From Bacteroidota bacterium (GTDB taxonomy: Bacteria > Bacteroidota > Bacteroidia > NS11-12g > UBA955), in the NCBI GenBank assembly GCA_018333525.1, contig JAGXTF010000059.1:17334-81333 (forward strand): DNA of 64,000 nucleotides. Reading direction: 5' to 3'. A model generated the notes under the pieces. That model searched no databases. It saw only the letters and a program-made list of their open reading frames with translations, and had not been told where the DNA came from. The position numbers were made by a program, and so were the translations under genes. Of the stretch, positions 10,697 through 21,500 are shown one piece after another (position 1 is the first letter of the stretch; each line of letters opens with the position of its first letter).

Positions 10697-12730
10697 ATGT
10701 CTAAAAAAAATCAACCCAAAAAACACATCCCAAATAAACCCTTGGAAGAACATGATATTTCAAAAAAGCCTGGTTTTTGGAATGTGAGAAATTTATCTGT
10801 TTTGGTTCTGCTCATTGCGGCAGTTCAGTTTTATCCCACAGTAAATTATGATTTGGTAAATTGGGATGACAACCTGAATATTTATGATAACAAAACGCTG
10901 GAACCATTTGCGAAAGAATGGAACTGGAAAAATGTGAAAACCATATTTACTTCAGATGTAGGAGGAAGTTATAACCCCTTACCTATTTTCACTTTTGCAT
11001 GTGAAATTTATTTTTTTGCATCGGATCCGGTTGAAAATCCCGGCATTTTTCATTTCAACAATGTATGGATGCATGCCGTTTGCACTATGCTGGTATTTTT
11101 GTTGATGCTGCGGCTCGGCTTAAAAAAGCCCTATGCATTTTTTGCCGGGTTGCTTTTTGCAATACATCCCATGCGAATTGAATCCGTTGCCTGGGTTACG
11201 GAACGAAAAGATGTACTATACGGGTTATTTTTTGTAGCAACACTTTACATATACACATTTATTTCCCGAGGTTCACCTCACAAAGTATGGCTTTACCTTC
11301 TGGCTATTATTTTCACCATTATTTCTCTTTTTGCCAAAGTACAGGCAGTAATTTTGCCGCTTTCCATGGTTTGTATTGATTTTCTGTCGAGCAGAAAATG
11401 GTACAGCTTTAAAATTCTGATTCTGGAAAAACTACCCTGGTGGATGATGTCACTGGCATTCGGATTGTTGAACGTTTACATGCTGCGCAACGTTGGAACT
11501 ATATCCAATGAATCCACGCAAAATTTCGATTTGATCCGACAACTCACCATTGGCTTATATACCTATGTTATTTATATGGTTAAATTCATTTATCCATATC
11601 AGATTTCACCTTTATATGTATATCCCACAATCCTGCCAAGTTATTATTATATAGCCCTTTTTCTGATTCCGGTAATTGCAATTGCTGTCATTTATCTCGG
11701 ATTTAAAAAGAAATACAAACATCTCTTATTTGCCTTTGCTTTTTTCACCTTCAATGTGATGTTCCTGCTACAGATAGTTACCGTGGGACAAGGTTTTCTC
11801 GCCGATCGCTTCACTTATATTGCATACATTGGCTTCTTTTATCTCGCTGCGTATGGTCTGCAAAAACTTGAAAGTGTTTTGATGCCATTTCGAAAAATTA
11901 TTTACACAGGAATGGCGGCCTATCTGCTTGTTCTGGCAATTACAACAGGACAACAAATGCAGTTATGGCAAAATTCCAAAACACTTTGGTCCAGAGTTAT
12001 TGAGGTAAATCCGCTGAATCCTATTGGGTATTTGTATACCGGAATTTATTTAAGAGATCAGGAAAAAGATCTGGAAGGTGCGAAACCTTATTTTATCAAT
12101 ACCGTAAAACTAGATCCCAGCAATGTGGAATACCGGAATAATTTGGGAACTGCTTATATGGATCTCGCTGCAAAAATTCCGTTGCGCGCACAAAAAGATA
12201 TTGAAAGAAGATTTGTGTGGTATGATTCTGCCCTTCAGCAATTTGAGATTATTGTAAAAAAGGAATCCGAAAACAAGATGAAGGATTCCATCACTTTTTC
12301 GAAATATCTGAGAAACCGGGGCGGATGCTATTTTTATTTGAACCAGCCTTTTCGCGCCATTCAGGATTATAACGAGGCCGCGAAATACTTTCCGCTTGAC
12401 CCCCAGTTGATAGAAAGCCGGGCCCTGGCATACATCAAAACCAATCAAAATGAAAAGGCAATTGTAGATCTCAGCACGTATATCAAAAACGCACCTGATA
12501 AATGGAACATGTATTATGAGCGTGCCATCTGTTATTACAAATTATTAAAATTTGATTTGGCTAAAAAAGACCTTGACTTTCTTATTTCCAAAGGACAAAC
12601 TAAAGGGGATTACTATTATTTACGATCCGAAGTAAATAAATCGCTGGGGAACAAAACGGAAATGAAAAACGATGCTATAAAAGCAAGAGAATTGGGCGTG
12701 AAGAATATGCCGGAATATTTGTTTTTGTAG
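10697..12730 (+). CDS. TMTC-like (GT-C fold) membrane glycosyltransferase with C-terminal TPRs
   Basis: Motifs NWDD, YNPL, FHFNNVWMH, LLFAIHPMRIESVAWVTERKD, ADRFTY, WQNS.TLW. Many transmembrane helices followed by TPR-like repeats. Confidence 0.8.
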   Translation: MSKKNQPKKHIPNKPLEEHDISKKPGFWNVRNLSVLVLLIAAVQFYPTVNYDLVNWDDNLNIYDNKTLEPFAKEWNWKNVKTIFTSDVGGSYNPLPIFTFACEIYFFASDPVENPGIFHFNNVWMHAVCTMLVFLLMLRLGLKKPYAFFAGLLFAIHPMRIESVAWVTERKDVLYGLFFVATLYIYTFISRGSPHKVWLYLLAIIFTIISLFAKVQAVILPLSMVCIDFLSSRKWYSFKILILEKLPWWMMSLAFGLLNVYMLRNVGTISNESTQNFDLIRQLTIGLYTYVIYMVKFIYPYQISPLYVYPTILPSYYYIALFLIPVIAIAVIYLGFKKKYKHLLFAFAFFTFNVMFLLQIVTVGQGFLADRFTYIAYIGFFYLAAYGLQKLESVLMPFRKIIYTGMAAYLLVLAITTGQQMQLWQNSKTLWSRVIEVNPLNPIGYLYTGIYLRDQEKDLEGAKPYFINTVKLDPSNVEYRNNLGTAYMDLAAKIPLRAQKDIERRFVWYDSALQQFEIIVKKESENKMKDSITFSKYLRNRGGCYFYLNQPFRAIQDYNEAAKYFPLDPQLIESRALAYIKTNQNEKAIVDLSTYIKNAPDKWNMYYERAICYYKLLKFDLAKKDLDFLISKGQTKGDYYYLRSEVNKSLGNKTEMKNDAIKARELGVKNMPEYLFL

Positions 12731-12737
12731 AAGTCAT

Positions 12738-12890
12738 ATTTGTTGTCGGTAGCTTTCAGCCTAAAAACATCTTCGCGGATAAATCAACGTCTTGAAATTA
12801 TACATTTGTTGTCGGTAGCTTTCATCTGAAAAACATCTTCGCGGATAACCAAACCGGCTGAAAGCGTGTACCGACAACAAGACCGGTCTT
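12738..12890. repeat. REP-like element: two 45-bp direct repeats plus an inverted arm
   Basis: ATTTGTTGTCGGTAGCTTTCA...AAAAACATCTTCGCGGATAA at 12738-12782 and 12804-12848. Inverted arm GGCTGAAAGC-GTG-TACCGACAACAA at 12856-12880. Palindrome AAGACCGGTCTT at 12879-12890. Confidence 0.8.
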
Positions 12891-12919
12891 CAAACATCAT
12901 ATTTATCACTCCCACCCTA

Positions 12920-12954
12920 ACATCTAACTTCTCACATCAAACATCCCACTTCTC
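12920..12954. repeat. degenerate heptamer tandem repeat (ACWTCNN x5)
   Basis: Units ACATCTA ACTTCTC ACATCAA ACATCCC ACTTCTC. Confidence 0.6.
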
Positions 12955-12988
12955 ACCCGTCCTATCGGCTCGGGCAAGCATCTCCCCC

Positions 12989-14254
12989 TCACTCACCATT
13001 CCTTCTCGCATACACCAAATTGATGTCTACATTTTCATCTCCATAAAACAATAAAATCGGATATCTGTAATTGGCTAAAACTTCTATGGTAATTCTCTCT
13101 TCCGGAGAATAAAATCTCCAACTGGGAAGGAATTGTTCATCATTCGCATCTTCACCGTAAAACATATAATTGGTGGAATAAAAACGACCATATTTTTGAT
13201 ATTCAAATTTCGTTTTTCCACTATTATTGTACGCAATCACAGCTTCACTATAGGAAGCAGTATCCTCGTAATCGCCCGGATTTCCGGGGTACTCTGCGAA
13301 ATGTGGAATGGAAAGAAAATTGGATTTCCCTTGAATAATATCCTGAATTTCATTACCTCTTAGCCAAATCCAATTGAAAGTATCTTCCATTTTTTCGCCT
13401 TTAATTGCTGAAAAAACAGGCATTGCAAACTTGGGTTTTTGCAATGCTGATCCCCGAAATTTCACATGATAATCAAAATTATAATTCATCTCGGAACCTC
13501 TGAAATTCCCAAACATTCTGAAACGCACAACTGAATCAGACCATTCGGTATTGGAGAGTTTCACATTGTATTCTTCGGTAAAATGTTCTAAAATATTATA
13601 ATGAATTACACAACCGGCACCGGGTGTAAAATCATTATAAACCGGAGCTCTGTTTTGCACGCTGAATAATTCCATTTTATCCACCCAATCCTGTTTTAAA
13701 ATCAATGGATATCCGGCATCCGGTACAAAACTGAAATAATACAGCGGATTTTGGGAAACTACTTCTACAGCTTGAATTACATAAGCCGTGTCTTGCAATA
13801 TTATTTTTTGAGCGGTAATACCTTTCACATGAAACTCCACCAGCGAATCATATCGAAATGCCATTTTGGTTTTTCCGGTATTTCTCAATTCCTCAAAATT
13901 TACTTTGCTCAGCCATATGGACGACATATGATGAAAAACGCTGCTATCCGGATATTGGTTGTCATAAATCCTGGCGCTGTCCATGGCCCATTGATCCATT
14001 TTGGCATATCCTTTTACCCCTGGTTGTACAAAATCAAATTCATACCCATTTTCAGATAAGGGATAAATGGAAAGCTCAGATTCGCCATCAGCTTTGGTAA
14101 CCATATATTCAGCTGCCAATGTTTGGTGCAATTCCGGATGATTTTGAATATTAAAATACTTTGGGTTCCCTCCGGGGTCCGAAATCACTACCGGGGGTTT
14201 AATCAATTTACACGATACAACAAACAGGACAGTGATGGGTATAATCCATTTCAT
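12989..14254 (-). CDS. hypothetical lipoprotein
   Basis: 421 aa with a lipobox-like FVVSC after a hydrophobic stretch; aromatic-rich; no family recognised. Confidence 0.7.
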   Translation of the reverse strand: MKWIIPITVLFVVSCKLIKPPVVISDPGGNPKYFNIQNHPELHQTLAAEYMVTKADGESELSIYPLSENGYEFDFVQPGVKGYAKMDQWAMDSARIYDNQYPDSSVFHHMSSIWLSKVNFEELRNTGKTKMAFRYDSLVEFHVKGITAQKIILQDTAYVIQAVEVVSQNPLYYFSFVPDAGYPLILKQDWVDKMELFSVQNRAPVYNDFTPGAGCVIHYNILEHFTEEYNVKLSNTEWSDSVVRFRMFGNFRGSEMNYNFDYHVKFRGSALQKPKFAMPVFSAIKGEKMEDTFNWIWLRGNEIQDIIQGKSNFLSIPHFAEYPGNPGDYEDTASYSEAVIAYNNSGKTKFEYQKYGRFYSTNYMFYGEDANDEQFLPSWRFYSPEERITIEVLANYRYPILLFYGDENVDINLVYARRNGE

Positions 14255-14385
14255 TTACAAAGCGAATTAAGTTCAGAAGAAGCAAAGTAGAAACAACTCT
14301 GCTATGGATTTTCCCCTTTTCGACCGACTTATTTTAAAAGCCGACATTGGGTTTGGCATGCCATTTGAATTTATATTTGTACCAA

Positions 14386-14883
14386 ATGAAAATGAAACTG
14401 TTTATCGCCGGTTTAGCAGCGATGCTAACTATGGTATCTTTTGCCGTAAATGACTCTCTACCCTCCGTGGATGTGAAAGACATGGATGGAAATACAGTCA
14501 ATTTCAGTACTGTTGCGGAAAAAGGAAAAATCACCGTGATCTCCTTCTGGGCAACCTGGTGCACACCATGCCTGAAAGAACTGGAAGCCATTAACGAAAA
14601 ATATGCCGATTGGCAAACCACCTATAACATGAAGCTGGTTGCAGTAAGTATGGATGACGCAAGAAATTCCAAAAAAGTAAAACCAAAAGTATTGGGTTAC
14701 GGTTGGACATATCAGGTATTGCTCGACGAAAACAGCGATCTGGCCAGGGTTATGAATGTAAACAACCCTCCTATGACCTTTATCTATGACGGGGATGGCA
14801 AACAGGTTTGGAGCCATCAGGGATATACACCCGGTGCGGAAGACGAACTGGAAGCCAAGCTGAAAGAGATTTCAGGTAAATAA
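14386..14883 (+). CDS. TlpA-family disulfide reductase (thioredoxin fold), exported
   Basis: SFWATWCTPC motif and signal peptide. ATG at 14386 follows TATATTTG (14372-14379). Confidence 0.92.
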   Translation: MKMKLFIAGLAAMLTMVSFAVNDSLPSVDVKDMDGNTVNFSTVAEKGKITVISFWATWCTPCLKELEAINEKYADWQTTYNMKLVAVSMDDARNSKKVKPKVLGYGWTYQVLLDENSDLARVMNVNNPPMTFIYDGDGKQVWSHQGYTPGAEDELEAKLKEISGK

Positions 14884-14900
14884 AACGAAGTATTCAAAAG

Positions 14901-14932
14901 AGTCCTTTGCTACACCGGCAAAGGACTTTTTT
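14901..14932 (+). terminator. intrinsic terminator
   Basis: AGTCCTTTGC-TACACCG-GCAAAGGACT followed by a T-run. Confidence 0.8.
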
Positions 14933-15017
14933 GTTTTTGTTGAACCTAAATTAAGATATCTTACACCATGCAATCTTCCCTTTTCCCGGGAAATTGGTTT
15001 CTTTTGTAAAAGAAAAC

Positions 15018-15542
15018 ATGATTTCCAAGAATATTGAAAAGGCATTGCAACAGCAAATTGCGCTAGAGGCTTATTCCAGCGCCTATTACCTCTCCATGGC
15101 CAGTTGGATGGATGTTGAAGGTTTTGAGGGAACAGCAGCATTTTTATACAAGCAGAGCGATGAAGAACGAATGCATATGTTGAAGATTCTTCACTTTATC
15201 AATGATAATGACGGGCACGCTGTGGTACCACAAATGGACGCCCCTCCCGTTACTTTTGAAAATTACCACAATTGTTTTCAGCGCATTCTGGAACAGGAAC
15301 AATCTGTAACCGCCAGTATTCACAGTCTGGTAAATATGTCTCTCACAGAGAAAGACCATGCCGCTAATAATTTTTTGCAATGGTATGTATTTGAACAAAT
15401 AGAAGAGGAAAAGCAGGTTAAAACCATTTTAAACAAATTGAAAATTATTGGGAACGACGGGCCCGGATTGTATTTATTAGACAATGAATTGGGAAAACTC
15501 GCGGGTCCTGTTATTGGCGTTTCCGCTGCAGATGGTGCTTAA
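15018..15542 (+). CDS. ftnA: non-heme ferritin
   Basis: Ferroxidase residues E..SS..YLSMASW, QSDEERMH, EQSVT, FLQWYV.EQIEEE. Confidence 0.92.
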   Translation: MISKNIEKALQQQIALEAYSSAYYLSMASWMDVEGFEGTAAFLYKQSDEERMHMLKILHFINDNDGHAVVPQMDAPPVTFENYHNCFQRILEQEQSVTASIHSLVNMSLTEKDHAANNFLQWYVFEQIEEEKQVKTILNKLKIIGNDGPGLYLLDNELGKLAGPVIGVSAADGA

Positions 15543-15685
15543 AACAACCTTTCCTAATTTCTCAATTTTACTGTTGAGAATTCCAATTATCAGATTCTGA
15601 CCATAGGCTTACATTGCCATGACGCAAAAATGAAGGACTGCATTTAACTTGCATTGATCTGGTAACCATTTAAAATTTTTTGCCT

Positions 15686-18499
15686 ATGTTTCAAAAGTAC
15701 CTTAGTTTATTTTTATTATTTTTCTCTTTTTCACAGGCAAAATCTTCTCATGTTGCCGGCGGAAATATCAGTTATAAATATCTGGGAAATAACCAATATC
15801 AGATATACTGGACCATCATTCGTGATTGCCGGGGAATTGGATTAGACAGCCCGGAATTAGGTGTATATGGAGGAACCAACGGAGGCAACAGCTGTTTTCA
15901 AACCAAATTAAATGGAAACAGAATCTCTATTACAGACATTTCCCCACGCTGCAGCACATCCAATGCTCCTTGCAAGCCACAAAATACACCTTCCGGGGAA
16001 GGATTCGAATCCCATGTGTATACCTATACCATAGATATTTCCAAATCACCATTTGCAGAGAATATTGCCAAATCTACCTGCTGTGAAATTACATTTTATA
16101 CCAAAATAAGTTCAAGGCCTGGTGTAATTACTACCGGGCCGGCTGGTAATTATTATGTAAATGTTCTTACCATTAATTTTTGTAATTTAAAAAAATGTAA
16201 AAACAAGGTATCAAATCCTCCCGAATTTCCAGTTAACGGAATTCAGATGTTATGTTGCAACCAGGCAAGCAGTTTTAATTTTGGCGCTGAAGATCCGGAT
16301 GGGGATAAAATAAAGTATAAACTCACTTCTGCCCTTTCCGGAATTCCCAATTCCACGGTAAATTATTCCTCTCCATTTTCGTATTTATATCCTTTAACAT
16401 GTTATTGTGTTCCACCCACAACAATCAAATGCAATCCAAACACAACAACAAATCCACCACGTGGAATTTATTTAGATTCCAACAGCGGTCAATTTGTTTT
16501 TACACCTACCAAATGTGATGAGGCTGCAGTAGTTGCTGTGGAAGGAATTGAATACAGAAAAGATACTTCAGGTAAATATTTACCCATTGCCAGAAGCATT
16601 CAGGATTATTTATTTCTGGTAAAAGATGATTGCGATTACAATAAAACTCCAACTGAAGAACTTTATTCCAGCAATTTTGCGGTTAAAGAAGGCGATACAT
16701 TGAAAATTCAATTGCATGTAATGGATGAAACATTTACGCCTTATCAAACCATTCCAGACACACCTTTAATTTTGGCATACGATACTTTTGCCCATTTTTA
16801 TCTGATTCTCACCAACCCTCAAGACAGAGAGAAAATATACGATCTGATATGGCCAACCAAAGTTGGTGATGCAAGGTTCTTTAATTATTATTTCCGCAAT
16901 AAATTCTCCGATTTTCATTGTCCAAAGCAAGTGTATGGATTTGCTGCAATTCCCATTCGCATTCAAAAGGAAGGTGTAAATATTGATTTTAATACATCAA
17001 AAGATACTTGTGGGAATACCGTTTTCAACGCGGTATCGAACCCGTTGGATGATGCGAATTACTTATGGACCTTGTATGATTCTACGGGAAAAGATACTAT
17101 TGCGCAATATGGTGGAAACAGTATTATTCCTTCAATTGGACTCCAGGGAAAATATCAATTAAAATTACAATCATTGAACGGTTTTTACTTTTTTAGAGAT
17201 ACTACAAAAACAATTTATCTCGATGGAAAATATTATCATGCAGATATTGGCGGACCTGAAATTCTTTGCTCCAATTCAAGTCTGGATATTTCAGCAACTT
17301 TATTCGAAACCCATCCACCGCTGCAATATTTATGGACTGTTAAAGCTGGAGGTTCAACAATTTTAACCAGTTCTGATCCCATTCTGAAATTAAATAATAT
17401 ACAGTCCAATCAGAATGTGACACTGGCAATCAAAGACAATAATGGTTGTTTTTATCAAACCAAGCCTAAAACAATTTCCATATTAAATGATATTAATCTG
17501 GATCTAGGAACGGATAAAAATGTGTGTTATGAAAATAATATTTTCATTGGTCCTGACCCTTTGAATTCGTTCAAATACAAATGGAATACCGGAGATACAA
17601 CTTCGCAAATTCAGGTGAACAAATCAGGAAAATATTTATTATCCGTAAATGCCCCTGGTTATTGTGATGCAATGGATTCCGTTGAACTAATGTTCGTTCC
17701 CAAACCAAATATTACTACCACAGATAGTTTGTATTGCAAAAAAGGGAATCCTTTGCAGATTGACCTGAACCACCATTTATTGGAGAACGGAAATGATATT
17801 ACAAATGGATCTGCGAGTTATGACAATGCTTATACAGACAAGTATAATTTAAATATTTACAACGGGCATTTTTTAAATATCAATCTAGGCTATTTTGGTT
17901 ACTGGAAAATCCCTTATCATTTTCATGTATCCGGTTGTCCGGATTTATCCGATACCATTCAACTGCGCACTTCCAGCAATCCTACTGCCCTGTTTAATAC
18001 AGATCCATCTGATTTGTTTGTATATGATCAATTGGATATTTTATTCCAAAACCGAACAACGAATGCAGATAAAACTCCATTATATTTCGATTGGTATATG
18101 GATAGATTTCCCGGGGATGTGTTACATTTTGTAGTGGACTCTTTAATACATTTTCCATCTGTGAGCGCAGGTTATCGCCCCAAGTTGGTAGTTACAACAG
18201 GCATGGGATGTGTAGATTCTATTCAAAAATTACTGAATATTATTCTGGATGTAAATTCGGTGCAGAATAACAGGCTGATCATCAATTCGGATTTGCAAAT
18301 TTTGAGTACTGAAATTGTAAATTACCAATTGATTTTGTTCGATGCCATAGGCCGGCGAATATTTGAGACCCACTCCAATTCCGGAATCAGGGAAAAGAAA
18401 AATGAATTGCCTGAAGGGGTTTATTATTATCAAATTGAATATAACACGCATCTGGCAGCACACCAGATGTTAAAAGGAAAGATTACAATAACCCGTTAA
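15686..18499 (+). CDS. Cys-rich T9SS cargo protein, paralog 1 (Ig/cadherin-like and PKD-like domains, type A CTD)
   Basis: Signal peptide, SHVAGGNISY...RDCRG N-domain, EDPDGDKIKY, PKD-like end, C-terminal FDAIGR...GVYYYQI...KITITR. Confidence 0.8.
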   Translation: MFQKYLSLFLLFFSFSQAKSSHVAGGNISYKYLGNNQYQIYWTIIRDCRGIGLDSPELGVYGGTNGGNSCFQTKLNGNRISITDISPRCSTSNAPCKPQNTPSGEGFESHVYTYTIDISKSPFAENIAKSTCCEITFYTKISSRPGVITTGPAGNYYVNVLTINFCNLKKCKNKVSNPPEFPVNGIQMLCCNQASSFNFGAEDPDGDKIKYKLTSALSGIPNSTVNYSSPFSYLYPLTCYCVPPTTIKCNPNTTTNPPRGIYLDSNSGQFVFTPTKCDEAAVVAVEGIEYRKDTSGKYLPIARSIQDYLFLVKDDCDYNKTPTEELYSSNFAVKEGDTLKIQLHVMDETFTPYQTIPDTPLILAYDTFAHFYLILTNPQDREKIYDLIWPTKVGDARFFNYYFRNKFSDFHCPKQVYGFAAIPIRIQKEGVNIDFNTSKDTCGNTVFNAVSNPLDDANYLWTLYDSTGKDTIAQYGGNSIIPSIGLQGKYQLKLQSLNGFYFFRDTTKTIYLDGKYYHADIGGPEILCSNSSLDISATLFETHPPLQYLWTVKAGGSTILTSSDPILKLNNIQSNQNVTLAIKDNNGCFYQTKPKTISILNDINLDLGTDKNVCYENNIFIGPDPLNSFKYKWNTGDTTSQIQVNKSGKYLLSVNAPGYCDAMDSVELMFVPKPNITTTDSLYCKKGNPLQIDLNHHLLENGNDITNGSASYDNAYTDKYNLNIYNGHFLNINLGYFGYWKIPYHFHVSGCPDLSDTIQLRTSSNPTALFNTDPSDLFVYDQLDILFQNRTTNADKTPLYFDWYMDRFPGDVLHFVVDSLIHFPSVSAGYRPKLVVTTGMGCVDSIQKLLNIILDVNSVQNNRLIINSDLQILSTEIVNYQLILFDAIGRRIFETHSNSGIREKKNELPEGVYYYQIEYNTHLAAHQMLKGKITITR

Positions 18500-18596
18500 T
18501 TTAAAGCTATAAAATACGCACCAATTCGAAATGAAAATATAGATACATTTTTTGAAACAAAAGTGTACATTTGACAGATAAAATAATTAAATATTT

Positions 18597-21500
18597 TTGA
18601 AAATTCCAGGAATTGTTCTTCTTTTTTTAATCGCTGGTCAAACCTCCGGGGTTTTTGCATCTCACATTTTCGGGGCGGATATTACGTACAAAAGTTTGGG
18701 TGGTTCAAAATATCGAATTTCTGCAAATTTATATAGGGATTGCAGACAACAGGGAATTTCCACTCCTCAAAGTGGGGTTTTCGCAGGAACCAACGGGGGC
18801 AATGGATGTGGCACATATAATATCAACTTTACAAGAACTTCAATTACCGAGGTTAGCACCATATGCAAAGGTGGAAAACCGATGTGCAGTTTTCCAAACG
18901 CAGTGGTAACAACCGGTTATGGAATTGAAAGGCAACTCTATGAAGCTGATGTAGATTTCAGCGCTACCCCATTGAGCAATTTTGCAAACAAAAGCTCTTG
19001 TTGCGAGGTAACCTTTTATATTGGAGATTGTTGCAGAATCGGCGCTATTACAACCGGTGCTTCGGGTGATTTATATGCCACATGCACAATACAAATATGT
19101 AATTTAAAAAAATGTACTGACACCATAACAAATGGTCCTGCAGCCAGTAGGGTCCCTCCGACTTATTTTTGTTGTAACCAAAGCGCATATTTTAATAATG
19201 GCTTTATGGATACATTTGAAAATGATAGTATATCATACAAGTTGACGCAAGCTTTAAATGGCTTACCACAATCCAGTGTTATTTATTCAACTCCATATTC
19301 CAATAAATATCCAATTACTCCATATTGCATTCCTTCCTCAACAATAAAGTGTGCACCCCAGCCTTATATACCTTTTCCGCGAGGTTTATTTTTTGATACA
19401 GCGAATGGTGATTTTATTTTCGTACCAACCAATTGCACTGAAGTTGGTGTAGTAAATTTTGAAGCAAATGAATGGCGCAAGGATACATCGGGTAAATATT
19501 TGTGGATAGGAAAAGTACACAGGGATATTGTCATCCGGATTTCCAATTCCTGTGGTAATAACAATACCGTCCGGCTCGACTCTACTTATGAATATGATTT
19601 TTGCGCGGGAGATTTGTTAAAAATTCGTTTGAACTTAGTTGATGAAGCATTTGCTCCGTACCAATCAGGCCCTGATTCGATATTCCTTTCGTGGAATAGG
19701 GGAATCCCCAAAGGTAAATTTGAAATTGAATATGATAAAGCTCAAGGTAAAAAACATGCTGTTTTTACTTGGCAAACGAAGTTACAGGACACTTCAGATT
19801 ATAAATATCATTTTGTATTCTCAACTACCGATAGCGTATGTGACCATCCCACAGTTACGCATAGAGCTGTGAATATTTACCTGAAAAAACCAGACAATCT
19901 TGAGATAAATACCACTTATATCAATTGCAACAAAACAAAGCTATCGGCAACATTATCCAAGTCTGTTAATGGCAATAGCATTTATACCTGGATAGTTGTG
20001 GATAGTTTCACCGGAAACATTGTTTTTAAAGGTACTGGAACAAGTACTACCACAGGTATTTTAAGTAAAGGCACATACAAGGCATCATTATTTTGCACGA
20101 ATAAAACTTATTGTTACCAGGAAATTTATACCTTCTTTCACATTGACTCCGTAGCTCCAACCTTATCTCTGCCAAATGATACCAATATTTGTTATGGGAA
20201 AAATGTAAGTATCCTAGGTAATACCGCGAATTTTTATAGTCCAGTACATTACCATTGGACTGTAAATTCCGCTACGAATTCAAAAGACACTCTCAAAATC
20301 CTTATTTTATCAAATATTATTTCAAATCAGGCTGTTTCACTTATGGTATCTGATGCGCGTGGATGTATACTCCGAGATGATTACAATGTCAATTTGTTCC
20401 CGGCTTCTCGTGCTAAATGGTCTAAAATCCCTTTGGATTCTATATGTAGAAATACTCCGGTTTTTTCACTTTCTGAATTCGTAGATTCCCCTGCAGATTC
20501 TCTGCGAAGAACAGGTAAATTCATCATTCAAAGCAGTTCCCTGACTTATGGCAAATTTGGTATTGTTGATAGTATCGGTGCGAATAAATTCGTCCTGAAT
20601 CCCGGAAAACTAACGAATGATTCTGACTTCAATTCCGCTAAAACACATACTGAAATATTAAGCCTATTGTGGAAGGATAGTTTTGGTTGTTCCAGTAAAT
20701 CCGACAATTTCATAAAAATTCTAAAAAGCCCTGAACTTAAAATAATAAATAAGGATATTTGTCAAAATCGGGGAGGAGAATTCAATCTGGATTCCTTAAT
20801 AATCAAACCAGATTGGTGGGGAGATAAATCCAAATACTGGTCTGTCCTGTCAGCACCTTCCGGCATCCCATTTAGTGATGTAATAAAAGAAAGAGATTTC
20901 AATGGAATTCACCAATATTGGTTTCAACTTGGTTCGAAAGGATTAAATAAATTTGCAGGAAAATATGCCCTTGGATTAACGGTTATAGATAAAGACAATG
21001 ATTGTGCAGTAACGGATAATGCCATAATCAACTTAAAACCACAACCAGAATTAACTACCAATAATATTTCAGGACAATGTGTGAATTTAAGTTATGCTAA
21101 TTTGCTCCAATTGTTTGATAGTAACGGGCAACCGGCCGACTCTGCCAGCAGCAGCTTTAACATTTATTCCTATAATGGAATTACAGATTCATCACTTTGG
21201 AAAAATATTCATTTAAAAAACGGATATTTATTTCCCTATTCCAGTAATTATGGTAATTACCAAATCCAAATCAAAAATTGGTCTACCAGCTGCATAAATA
21301 CAAGTTTGAATACCCTTCAGATTTATGCCACTCCCAAAGTAAATTTCACCACAAGCCCTGCTGACAGCGCTCCGGAAAATTTGCCCTATTTCACTGTTAG
21401 CAATAAAACGAGCATCGCTTCCTCAGACAATTTGAGTTATGTCTGGTATTACAGATATCCTAATCCGGTCTATAAAAGCACCGCGGATGCACCCACAATT

